Assembly (NCBI GenBank): GCA_019115545.1
Contig: DXDK01000046.1
Coordinates: forward strand, 39,706-103,705
Source of the DNA: Candidatus Evtepia faecavium
GTDB lineage: Bacteria > Bacillota > Clostridia > Oscillospirales > Oscillospiraceae
DNA: 64,000 nt
Direction of reading: 5' to 3'
This document shows positions 32,670 through 40,197 of the stretch, in pieces. The notes beneath the pieces are model-generated. The model did not search any database. It was given only the letters and a program-made list of their open reading frames with translations, and was not told the origin of the DNA. A program made the translations under genes and the position numbers. Within the stretch, counting starts at the first letter, position 1; every line of letters begins with the position of its first letter.

Positions 32670-33986
32670 GTGAAGCGATACGTCACGGAGAAATCCAAGG
32701 CGCTGTTCCAGCGCACCACCCCCTACCTGGTGGACGGGGTGGGCAGTTCCTTCCACCGCAGCCGGTACCGGGAATACCCCGTGGCCATGACCCACGGGAA
32801 GGGCTCCAAGCTGTATGACGTGGACGGCAACGAGTACATCGACTATGTCCTGGGCTTCGGCCCTATGATCTTGGGCTACTGCCCCCCGGCGGTGGACCGG
32901 GCGGTGGCGGAGCAGCTGCGGAAGGGCACCCACTTCTCCGCCCCCACCCAGGACCTCCAGCGGCTGGCCCAGCGGCTGACGGAGCTCATCCCCGCCGCGG
33001 AGCAGGTGATGTTCCAGAACTCCGGCACGGAGGTGGTGATGTGCGCCCTCCGCCTGGCCCGGGCCTACACGGGGAAATACAAGGTGGTGAAGTTCGAGGG
33101 CCAGTACCACGGCTGGTCCGACGAGGAGAAGGTGAGCATCGACGCTGCCTCTGTGGAGGAGCTGGGCCCCCGGGAGCGCCCCAACAAGATCCTCCACACC
33201 AAGGGCCAGCGGCTGTCCTCGGCGGACGACCTCATCGTCCTGCCCTGGAACGACCTGGAGGCCCTGGAGCGCACCCTCACAGAGCAGGAGGGGGAGATCG
33301 CCGCGGTGCTCATGGAGCCCTGCATGTGCGACTCCGGCCCCATCCTCCCCCTGCCGGGGTATCTGGAGGGGGTGCGGAAGAGCACCCGCCGCCACGGGGT
33401 GGTGCTGATCTTTGACGAGGTGATCACCGGCTTCCGCCTGTCCCTGGGGGGCGCCCAGGCTTATTACGGGGTGACCCCGGATCTGGCCACCTTTGCCAAG
33501 GCCATCGCCGGGGGGTATCCCTTCGGGGCCGTGGTGGGGAAGCGGGAGATTATGTCCTGCGGGGTCCCCGCCTCGGGGACCTTCAACGGCAACCCCGTGG
33601 GGGTGGCCGCCGCCCTGGCCACCCTGGAGGAGCTCTCCCAGCCCGGGGTGTACCAGCGCTTTGACCGCCTGGGCCAGCTGCTGGAGGAGGGCTTCCGGGC
33701 CCTGGGGGAGAAGTACCACCGCAAGCTCTACCTGCGCCACATGGGGAGCATCTTCGTGCTGTACTTCGGCTACACCGAGGACGTGGCGGACTTCCGGGAC
33801 TGGCTGGGCCACGCCGACGTGGCGGCCTACGAGCGCTTCGTCGCCGGGTGCGAGGACTACGGCGTCCGCTTCACCGACCTGCGGGGCCGGGAGTACCTCT
33901 CCACCGCCCACACCGAGGAGGACATCCGCCGCACCCTGGCGGTGGCCGACCAGGTCCTGGGGGAGATGGCGCAGGAGGGCGTGTGA
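32670..33986 (+). CDS. Class-III PLP aminotransferase (glutamate-1-semialdehyde aminomutase-like)
   Basis: 438 aa with a GTG start after AAGGAGGAG. It has ...FQNSGTEVVMCALRLARAYTGK...LIFDEVITGFRL...DLATFAKAIAGGYP, with the PLP lysine in its usual context. Confidence 0.88.
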   Translation: MKRYVTEKSKALFQRTTPYLVDGVGSSFHRSRYREYPVAMTHGKGSKLYDVDGNEYIDYVLGFGPMILGYCPPAVDRAVAEQLRKGTHFSAPTQDLQRLAQRLTELIPAAEQVMFQNSGTEVVMCALRLARAYTGKYKVVKFEGQYHGWSDEEKVSIDAASVEELGPRERPNKILHTKGQRLSSADDLIVLPWNDLEALERTLTEQEGEIAAVLMEPCMCDSGPILPLPGYLEGVRKSTRRHGVVLIFDEVITGFRLSLGGAQAYYGVTPDLATFAKAIAGGYPFGAVVGKREIMSCGVPASGTFNGNPVGVAAALATLEELSQPGVYQRFDRLGQLLEEGFRALGEKYHRKLYLRHMGSIFVLYFGYTEDVADFRDWLGHADVAAYERFVAGCEDYGVRFTDLRGREYLSTAHTEEDIRRTLAVADQVLGEMAQEGV

Positions 33987-34040
33987 CCCGGCGCCAGCGG
34001 GGAACACCGAACAGATATTGTGAGACAAACCCCGGAAACC

Positions 34041-34105
34041 ATGCGGAAAAGGAATGGAACCATGGGGTTCTGTGCCTTGATTTTTCCCAGGGGATGGGGT
34101 TCAAT
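34041..34105 (+). promoter_or_regulatory. Operator box plus weak promoter B (MBL hydrolase)
   Basis: ATGCGGAAAAGGAATGGAACCATGGGGTTCTGTGCC, then TTGATT, 17 nt, TTCAAT. 29 of 36 upstream positions match box A. Confidence 0.55.
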
Positions 34106-34149
34106 GGAAGGGAAACCGGGCCCAGGCCCGCAGGAAGGAGAACCATGCA

Positions 34150-34926
34150 ATGGGTATGAAGATACATGTGCTGTACCTGGGGAAGATGGAGTTTCCCCGT
34201 TTCCGGCTGGTGGAGTGCCAGAACGAGGAGACCATGGTGGTCTCCCCGGCGGTGGCCATCCTCATCCAGCACCCCACCTTGGGGAACATCCTCTATGACA
34301 CCGGCAACAGCGAGGACTTCCTCCAGGTCTACACCAAGGAGATGCTCCACGACTACCCCATCACGGAGAACATCACCATTGTGGAGGCCCTGGCCAAAGC
34401 GGGCCTCACCCCGGAGGACATCGACCAGATCATCCTCTCCCACCTCCACTTCGACCACGCCGGGGGCCTGAAGCACTTCGTGGGCACCAAGGCCATCCGG
34501 CACGTGCTGGTGTCCGAGGCCGACCTGAAGCAGGCCTGGTGGGCGGTCACCACCGGCAACGGCGGGGCTTACATCCGGGAGCTCTTCGACGTGGAGGGGA
34601 TCCAGTTTGACACCATCTCCGACACCACCTGGCTGGCGGAGGACCTGGGCCTCTTCATCCAGGCCTCCCACACCCCCGGGGTCATCGGGATGATTTTGAA
34701 GACCGAGCACAACGGAACCATTCTCACCACCAGCGACGCCATCTACACCGCCGACAGCTACGAGAAGGCCCTGCCCCCCGGCGGCACCATCAACAAGACC
34801 ACCGACGAGTTCTTCGACAACCTCAAGCGTATCCAGGCCATGCAGGAGGGCTATAACGCCACCCTCCTCTTCGGCCACGACATCGACCAGATCCTCTCCT
34901 GGGTGGACCGGGGGGCCATCGACTGA
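34150..34926 (+). CDS. Metallo-beta-lactamase fold hydrolase (AiiA-like lactonase family)
   Basis: 258 aa with the zinc motif SHLHFDHAGG, plus a downstream HTPG and a late H/D. SD GGAAGGAG lies 9 nt upstream. Confidence 0.82.
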   Translation: MGMKIHVLYLGKMEFPRFRLVECQNEETMVVSPAVAILIQHPTLGNILYDTGNSEDFLQVYTKEMLHDYPITENITIVEALAKAGLTPEDIDQIILSHLHFDHAGGLKHFVGTKAIRHVLVSEADLKQAWWAVTTGNGGAYIRELFDVEGIQFDTISDTTWLAEDLGLFIQASHTPGVIGMILKTEHNGTILTTSDAIYTADSYEKALPPGGTINKTTDEFFDNLKRIQAMQEGYNATLLFGHDIDQILSWVDRGAID

Positions 34927-34956
34927 GCCCCGCCGGGCGAAAGGAGCCGTCAAAAG

Positions 34957-35026
34957 GCCGAAAAGGAACGAAACTCCATGGAGATTTTGAGAGGGAATTG
35001 ACAAAACCGAAAAAGTAGGGGACAAT
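34957..35026 (+). promoter_or_regulatory. Operator box plus weak promoter C (GRE genes)
   Basis: GCCGAAAAGGAACGAAACTCCATGGAGATTTTGAGAGGGAA, then TTGACA, 17 nt, GACAAT. It shares the CGnAAAAGGAA and CCATGG cores and the CAATGGAAG after the -10 with box B. Confidence 0.45.
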
Positions 35027-35057
35027 GGAAGCAGTCCCAAAAGAAAGGAGCATCGCT

Positions 35058-37316
35058 ATGACCACACCCACCGCTGGCGCCGCGTTAGGCAACCAGCTCC
35101 GCGCGGGCACCGTTGCCAAGGTCGGCAGCACGAAACGCATCCAGGAGCTCAACGGAATGCTCCACTCCAACCGGCCCAACGTGGACATCACCCGGGCCCG
35201 GGCCTATACCAAGGTCTACAAGGCCACCGAGGGGATGCCCAGCCTCATGCGCCGGTACAAGGCCTCCGCCGAGGTCTACCGCACCCTCACCGACAACGTC
35301 TACGACTACGAACAGCTGGTGGGCTGGCCCACCAAGCGCATCCGGGGGGCCAACTTCGCCATCGAGCTCCACGCCCACTGGCTGGCCGAGGACCTGCCCA
35401 ACCTCCGGGACCGGACCTACGACCCCTTTGAGATCACCGATGAGGACTACAAGGAACTGGAGGAGGAACTGCTCCCCTACTGGAAGGACAAGACCATGGC
35501 CGTCCAGTGGGGCCACTACGTGAGCAAGGAGGAGTGGAACCGGGGGCAGTTCGGCGGCGTGTCCGACGTGTCCAACTACCTCTGCGCCAACGGCTCCCAC
35601 TTCATCCCCGCCTGGACCGACGTGATCCAGCACGGCTTTGTGAAGTACTATGAGAAGGCCAAGGCCCTCCTGGCCGCCCTGGACCCCAACGACCCGGAAT
35701 CCATCGACAAGCGCATCTTCTACAACGGCATTATCGAGGTGCTGGAGGCCATCCGGGACTGGGGGGAGCGCCTGTCCGCCGCCTGCGCCCGCAAGGCCCA
35801 GCAGGAGAAAGACCCCGTCCGGAAGAAAGAGCTGGAGGACATGGCCGCCATGATGCAGCGGGTGCCCTGGGGCCCCGCCACCTCCTTCCACGACGCCTGC
35901 GAGACCGCCTGGGCGGTGTGCTTCTTCCTCTTCGTGGAGGGGGCCGGGCCCTCCATCACCTGGGGGCGGTTTGACCAGTACATGTATCCCTACTATAAGG
36001 CCGACATCGAAAAGGGCATCCTCACCCCGGAAAAGGCCATGGAGCTCATCGAGGAGCTCTATGTCCGGGTGACCTCCAACGTGTGGTTCCAGTCCACCCA
36101 GATGGCCTACATCTTCGGCGGGTACTACCGCTACCCCCACCTGGACGTGGGCGGCCTGGACGAGAACGGCAAGGACGCCTCCAACGAGCTGTCCTACCTC
36201 TGCCTGCGGGCCATGCGGTACGCCAAGACCACCTCCCCGGCGGTGAGCCTGCTGCTCCATCAGAAGACGCCGGATTCCCTCCTATACGAGGCCTGCGAAC
36301 TGGCCGCCGAGGGCATGGGCCACCCTTCCTTTTTCAACTGCGAGGGGCTGTATTCCATGCTGGAGCACCGGGCCAGCGGGCCGGAGGCCTATTCCAACTA
36401 CACCCGGAAGGACATTCTGAAGTTCGGCTCCCCCATCGGCTGCGTGGAGCCCGGGGCGGAGGGGCTGCAGTACGGCCACACCGATTCCGGCATCATCAAC
36501 GTGGCCGGGGCCGCCCTCATGGCGGTGACCAACGGGGTCATGCCCAGGGAGTCGGACAATATGTTCGCCGGCAAGCTCCTCACCTTCGAGAGCGGCGACC
36601 CGGCCAGCTTTGCAACCTTTGACCAGTTCTACGCCGCGGTGAAGGCCCAGATCAAGTACGCCATCGAGGAGGCCCACGCCAACCTCCTGGTGTGCGAGAA
36701 GCTCCTGGCCGAGCAGTTCAACCTGCCCACCTTCACCGTCCTGCTGGAGGGCGCCCTGGAAAAGGCCAAGGACGCCACCGCCGGCGGGGCCAAGGTCAAC
36801 GTGGGCCCCACCATGAACATGTGCGGCTTTGGCACCATGGTGGACTCGGTGGCCGCCATCAAGAAGGTGGTCTACCAGGACCACGCCGCCACCCTGCCCC
36901 AGGTCCGGGACGCCTGCATGGAAAACTTCCGGGGATACGAGGACCTGCGGGTGAAGCTCCAGGCCGCCCCCAAGTACGGCAACGACGACGACTTCGCCGA
37001 CGATATTGCCGCCGACCTGTGGGAGTGGTTCGCCCAGTGCACCATGCGCCTGAAGATGTACCGGGGCCACTACTGCGACGCGGCGGTGCAGATGGTCCAG
37101 TCCAACGTGGGCTACGGCGCCATGACCGGGGCCACCCCCAACGGCCGCCTGGCGGGGATGCCCCTGTCGGACACCATGTCCGCCACCCAGCAGGCCGACA
37201 CCCACGGCCCCACCGCCGCCGCCCGGAGCTATGGCAAGCTGGACTTCCCGGTGTACACCAACGGCACCCTGCTGAATATGTGGATCAGCCAGTCGGAGCT
37301 CATGGAAAAGCAGTGA
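35058..37316 (+). CDS. Glycyl radical enzyme, catalytic body lacking the Gly-radical domain (PFL2/dehydratase-type)
   Basis: 752 aa from the ATG 8 nt after AAAGGAG. The N-terminus is GRE-like (ITRARAYTKVYKATEGMPSLMRRYKA). The Cys loop is SPIGCVEPG. It ends ...NGTLLNMWISQSELMEKQ-TGA, just before the point where homologs carry the radical domain. Confidence 0.85.
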   Translation: MTTPTAGAALGNQLRAGTVAKVGSTKRIQELNGMLHSNRPNVDITRARAYTKVYKATEGMPSLMRRYKASAEVYRTLTDNVYDYEQLVGWPTKRIRGANFAIELHAHWLAEDLPNLRDRTYDPFEITDEDYKELEEELLPYWKDKTMAVQWGHYVSKEEWNRGQFGGVSDVSNYLCANGSHFIPAWTDVIQHGFVKYYEKAKALLAALDPNDPESIDKRIFYNGIIEVLEAIRDWGERLSAACARKAQQEKDPVRKKELEDMAAMMQRVPWGPATSFHDACETAWAVCFFLFVEGAGPSITWGRFDQYMYPYYKADIEKGILTPEKAMELIEELYVRVTSNVWFQSTQMAYIFGGYYRYPHLDVGGLDENGKDASNELSYLCLRAMRYAKTTSPAVSLLLHQKTPDSLLYEACELAAEGMGHPSFFNCEGLYSMLEHRASGPEAYSNYTRKDILKFGSPIGCVEPGAEGLQYGHTDSGIINVAGAALMAVTNGVMPRESDNMFAGKLLTFESGDPASFATFDQFYAAVKAQIKYAIEEAHANLLVCEKLLAEQFNLPTFTVLLEGALEKAKDATAGGAKVNVGPTMNMCGFGTMVDSVAAIKKVVYQDHAATLPQVRDACMENFRGYEDLRVKLQAAPKYGNDDDFADDIAADLWEWFAQCTMRLKMYRGHYCDAAVQMVQSNVGYGAMTGATPNGRLAGMPLSDTMSATQQADTHGPTAAARSYGKLDFPVYTNGTLLNMWISQSELMEKQ

Positions 37317-37355
37317 GTTCCCCCTTGGGAAACCGAAACGGAAAGGAGAATCCCT

Positions 37356-37652
37356 ATGACCACCATCCGTGACGTGCCTCTGAACTGCCCCGAGGCCACC
37401 TATGTGGAGCCCGCCTACAAAGAGGCCGGCATGCGCAACTTCACCAACCTGGTGCGCACCATGCTCAATGACTACGGCGTGTACCACGTGCAGTTCAACA
37501 CCATCAACAAGGAGACCCTCATCGACGCCAAGGCCCACCCGGAGAACTACCCCACCCTGATGGTCCGGGTGGCCGGCTACAGCGTCTACTGGACGGACAT
37601 CGCCGAGCGGGTTCAGGACGACATCATCAGCCGGACGGAGCACACATTTTAA
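37356..37652 (+). CDS. Stand-alone glycyl radical domain protein (98 aa)
   Basis: ...YHVQFNTINKETLIDAKAHPENYPTLMVRVAGYSVYWTDIAERVQDDIISRTEHTF carries the RVAGYS fingerprint. Its own SD AAAGGAG sits 7 nt before the ATG. It is in the same frame as the preceding ORF (39-nt gap). Confidence 0.85.
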   Translation: MTTIRDVPLNCPEATYVEPAYKEAGMRNFTNLVRTMLNDYGVYHVQFNTINKETLIDAKAHPENYPTLMVRVAGYSVYWTDIAERVQDDIISRTEHTF

Positions 37653-37821
37653 TCCCCATGGGGACCCACTGCGCTGGGCTCCCCATGGGAAGGGGAAGCA
37701 GCCCGACCCGCGCCTGGCGGGGCCAGGCACTCTCGGGCTGAGAAGTGTTTTTTCCGGGGCGCATGTCCCCGGAAAAAACGGATTGCATTTGGATTCCGCC
37801 GGCTGCGGCCGGCGGAATTCC
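37653..37821 (+). other. Hairpin-rich intercistronic spacer between the radical-domain gene and the activase
   Basis: Four stems: 37653-37690 (TCCCCATGGGGA...TCCCCATGGGA), 37712-37727, 37746-37780 (12-bp TTTTTTCCGGGG/CCCCGGAAAAAA) and 37791-37821 (TTCCGCCGGC/GCCGGCGGAA). Confidence 0.6.
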
Positions 37822-37855
37822 AGCATCCGGCGATGGAAGAAGGGAGACGAGGTCC

Positions 37856-38812
37856 GTGGAGGAAAAAACAGCCATCATTTTTGACATTGGGCGGTTCCGG
37901 AACACCGACGGGCCGGGGATCCGGACCATCATCTTCTTCAAGGGCTGCCCCCTGCGCTGCCGGTGGTGCAGCAACCCCTTCGGGCTGGAGCTCCACCCCC
38001 AGCTGGCGGTGAACCCCGCCAAGTGCACCGGCTGCGGCAAGTGCGTGGAGGTCTGTCCCCACGGGGTGAACGCCATCACCCCCGGGGAAAAGGTCCGGGT
38101 GGACTTCGCCGCCTGCCAGACCTGCGGCACCTGCACGGCGGCCTGTCCCGGCGGGGCCCGGGCCATCTCCGGCCGGGCCTACACCGCCCGGCAGCTCTAC
38201 CAGGAGGCGGCCAAGGACGCCGCCTTCTACCGCAAGGGCGGAGGTGGGGTCACCCTCTCTGGGGGGGAGGTCCTCCTCCAATACGAGGTGGCGGCGGAGA
38301 CCCTCCGGCTGTGCCGGACCAACTACCTCAACACCTGCATCGAGACCTCCGCCTACGCCCCCTGGGACCACCTCTGGCAGGTGGCCCAGTACTGCCACAC
38401 GGTGTTTGTGGACCTGAAGCACATGGACAACACCCAGCACCAGGCCATGACCGGGGTGGGCAATGGGGTCATCCTGGACAACATCAGCCGCCTCTGCCGG
38501 GAGCTCCCTCGCCGGGGGGGCAAGGTAATCGTCCGGATGCCCCTCATCCCCGGGTACAACGACGACGACGAGGCGGTGGCCGCCGGGGCCCGCTTCGTGG
38601 CGGAGCTGGACGGGGCGCCGGAGCTCAACCTTCTGCCCTACCACAACCTGGGGGAGAGCAAGTACGAGATGATCGGGGCGGCATACACCCTCCCCGGCCT
38701 GGAGAGCCGGAAGCGGCGGGACCCCCGCCTGCTGGCCATCCAGGCCCTCTGCCAGCAGCTGGCCCCCCGCAATCGGGTGAGCCTGGGGGGCGACGCCATT
38801 GATCTGGGGTGA
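37856..38812 (+). CDS. Glycyl-radical enzyme activating protein (radical SAM)
   Basis: VEEKTAIIFDIGRFRNTDGPGIRTIIFFKGCPLRCRWCSNP carries the CxxxCxxC motif. Two ferredoxin-like Cys clusters follow (CTGCGKCVEVCP, CQTCGTCTAACP). The GTG start at 37856 after AGGGAG is inferred. The track start at 37745 lies inside a hairpin. Confidence 0.85.
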   Translation: MEEKTAIIFDIGRFRNTDGPGIRTIIFFKGCPLRCRWCSNPFGLELHPQLAVNPAKCTGCGKCVEVCPHGVNAITPGEKVRVDFAACQTCGTCTAACPGGARAISGRAYTARQLYQEAAKDAAFYRKGGGGVTLSGGEVLLQYEVAAETLRLCRTNYLNTCIETSAYAPWDHLWQVAQYCHTVFVDLKHMDNTQHQAMTGVGNGVILDNISRLCRELPRRGGKVIVRMPLIPGYNDDDEAVAAGARFVAELDGAPELNLLPYHNLGESKYEMIGAAYTLPGLESRKRRDPRLLAIQALCQQLAPRNRVSLGGDAIDLG

Positions 38813-38837
38813 GCCCGCCCCGCTGTGAGATTGTCCC

Positions 38838-38872
38838 AAACCCCTCCGTGGATTTCCCACGGAGGGGTTTTT
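38838..38872 (+). terminator. Intrinsic terminator of the GRE operon
   Basis: AAACCCCTCCGTGG-ATTTC-CCACGGAGGGGTTTTT. Confidence 0.85.
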
Positions 38873-38885
38873 ATGCAAAAAAAGC

Positions 38886-38932
38886 TTGACAAGAGGAAAC
38901 AAATGACTATAATGTACTTATACAAAAAGTAC
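38886..38932 (+). promoter_or_regulatory. Promoter plus palindromic operator of the GntR-ABC operon
   Basis: TTGACA, 16 nt, TATAAT (38908-38913), immediately followed by GTACTT-N7-AAGTAC (38914-38932). Confidence 0.6.
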
Positions 38933-38956
38933 AATCAATAACAAAGGAGGCGGGCC

Positions 38957-39337
38957 GTGGAGATCATCATCAGCAGCAACACCAGCAAACCCATCTATGA
39001 GCAGATCACCTCCCAGATCAAGGGGATGATCATGAGCGGGGAACTGCGAACGGGGGATCCCATTCCCTCCATGCGGGCCCTGGCCAAGTCCATCCACGTC
39101 AGCGTCATCACCGTGCAGAAGGCTTACGAGGACCTGCAGCGGGATGGATTCATCGAGACCACGGTGGGGCGGGGAAGTTTCGTCTCCGCCCGAAACAAGG
39201 ATTTCTATCAGGAAGAGCGGCAGCGGCAGGCGGAGGAACATCTCCAGCAGGCCGCCGACATCGGCCGGACCAGCGGCATCCCGGTGGAGAAGCTGGTGGA
39301 GCTGCTGCGTATGTTTTATGAGGAGGGAGATCTATGA
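38957..39337 (+). CDS. GntR-family regulator, YtrA subfamily
   Basis: 126 aa with a GTG start after AAAGGAGG. It has KPIYEQITSQIKGMIMSGELRTGDPIPSMRALAKSIHVSVITVQKAYEDLQRDGFI and a short C-terminal helical tail. Confidence 0.9.
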   Translation: MEIIISSNTSKPIYEQITSQIKGMIMSGELRTGDPIPSMRALAKSIHVSVITVQKAYEDLQRDGFIETTVGRGSFVSARNKDFYQEERQRQAEEHLQQAADIGRTSGIPVEKLVELLRMFYEEGDL

Positions 39338-40197
39338 GCGGCAATGCTCTGGCAGTCCAAGGCCTGACCAAACGATACAAGGACTTTGTCCTGGACAACG
39401 TCTCCTTTGTCGTACCCCGGGGAGCTATCGTGGGCCTGGTGGGAGAGAACGGCGCGGGGAAGAGCACCACCCTCCACGCCATCCTGGGGCTGATCCACCG
39501 GGACGGCGGTTCTGTGGAGCTGCTGGGCCGGGAGGACACGGCGGTAGACGAGGCCTTCCGGAACCAGATTGGGGTGGTTTTTGACGGCAGCAGCTACCCG
39601 GAGACCCTTACCCCCCGAAAGCTGAACCGGGTGTTCCAGTCTCTGTACCAGGGGTGGGACGAGGCCGGCTACTTTGCCCTGCTGGAGCAGCTGTCCCTGC
39701 CGGCGGACAAGAAGATCAAGGCCTTTTCCAAGGGGATGAAGATGAAGCTCTCCCTGGCGGTGGCCTTCTCCCACGGGGCCAAGCTGCTGGTGCTGGACGA
39801 GGCCACCAGTGGCCTGGATCCGGTGGTCCGGGACGATATCCTGGACCTCTGCCTGGGCTTTGTCCAGGAGGAGGACCGGGCCATCCTGGTCTCCTCCCAC
39901 ATCACCAGCGACCTGGAAAAGGTGGCCGACTACATCGTCTTCCTCCACAAGGGACGGGTGGTGTTCTGCAAGCCCAAGGATGAGCTGCGCTATCACTACG
40001 GCATTCTCCGGTGCGGGGCAGCTCAGTTTGAGGCCATTGACAAAGGAGAGGTTTTGGCCTGGCGCCGGCAGGACTACCAGTGGGAGGTCCTGGTGGCCGA
40101 CCGGGCCGCGGCCCAGCGGAAGTATCCCAAGGCGGTGGTGGACCCGGCCACCATTGACGAGATCATGCTGCTCTATGTAAAGGGGGAGAGACCATGA
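39334..40197 (+). CDS. ABC transporter ATP-binding protein
   Basis: Walker A GENGAGKST, signature FSKGMKMK, Walker B LLVLDEATSGLD. It has an ATGA overlap with the GntR gene. Confidence 0.92.
   Translation: MSGNALAVQGLTKRYKDFVLDNVSFVVPRGAIVGLVGENGAGKSTTLHAILGLIHRDGGSVELLGREDTAVDEAFRNQIGVVFDGSSYPETLTPRKLNRVFQSLYQGWDEAGYFALLEQLSLPADKKIKAFSKGMKMKLSLAVAFSHGAKLLVLDEATSGLDPVVRDDILDLCLGFVQEEDRAILVSSHITSDLEKVADYIVFLHKGRVVFCKPKDELRYHYGILRCGAAQFEAIDKGEVLAWRRQDYQWEVLVADRAAAQRKYPKAVVDPATIDEIMLLYVKGERP

Noticed and set aside
32549-32818. Shared peptide MRKRN(R/G)(F/T)MGFC(G/A)LI encoded at 32549 and 34041, considered as a possible leader peptide
   Set aside because: Neither reading frame has a nearby stop; both run on into the downstream genes out of frame. 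There is no SD. The differences between the two copies are not biased towards synonymous changes. The similarity is better explained as a DNA-level operator/promoter repeat, reported as a finding.
37314-37316. In-frame TGA between the two GRE ORFs as a selenocysteine codon
   Set aside because: The only nearby stem is a weak GTTCCC/GGGAAAC hairpin starting immediately after the TGA. It does not resemble a bacterial SECIS in spacing or loop. The position is a linker rather than a catalytic site, and a strong SD plus ATG follows. Readthrough is kept as an alternative in the finding, but Sec recoding is not supported.
37653-37690. Direct repeat TCCCCATGGG(G)A x2, considered as a CRISPR-like or mobile-element repeat
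   Set aside because: There are only two copies 27 nt apart. Each is self-complementary, so together they form one hairpin. No array, cas genes or terminal inverted repeats with a transposase are present.
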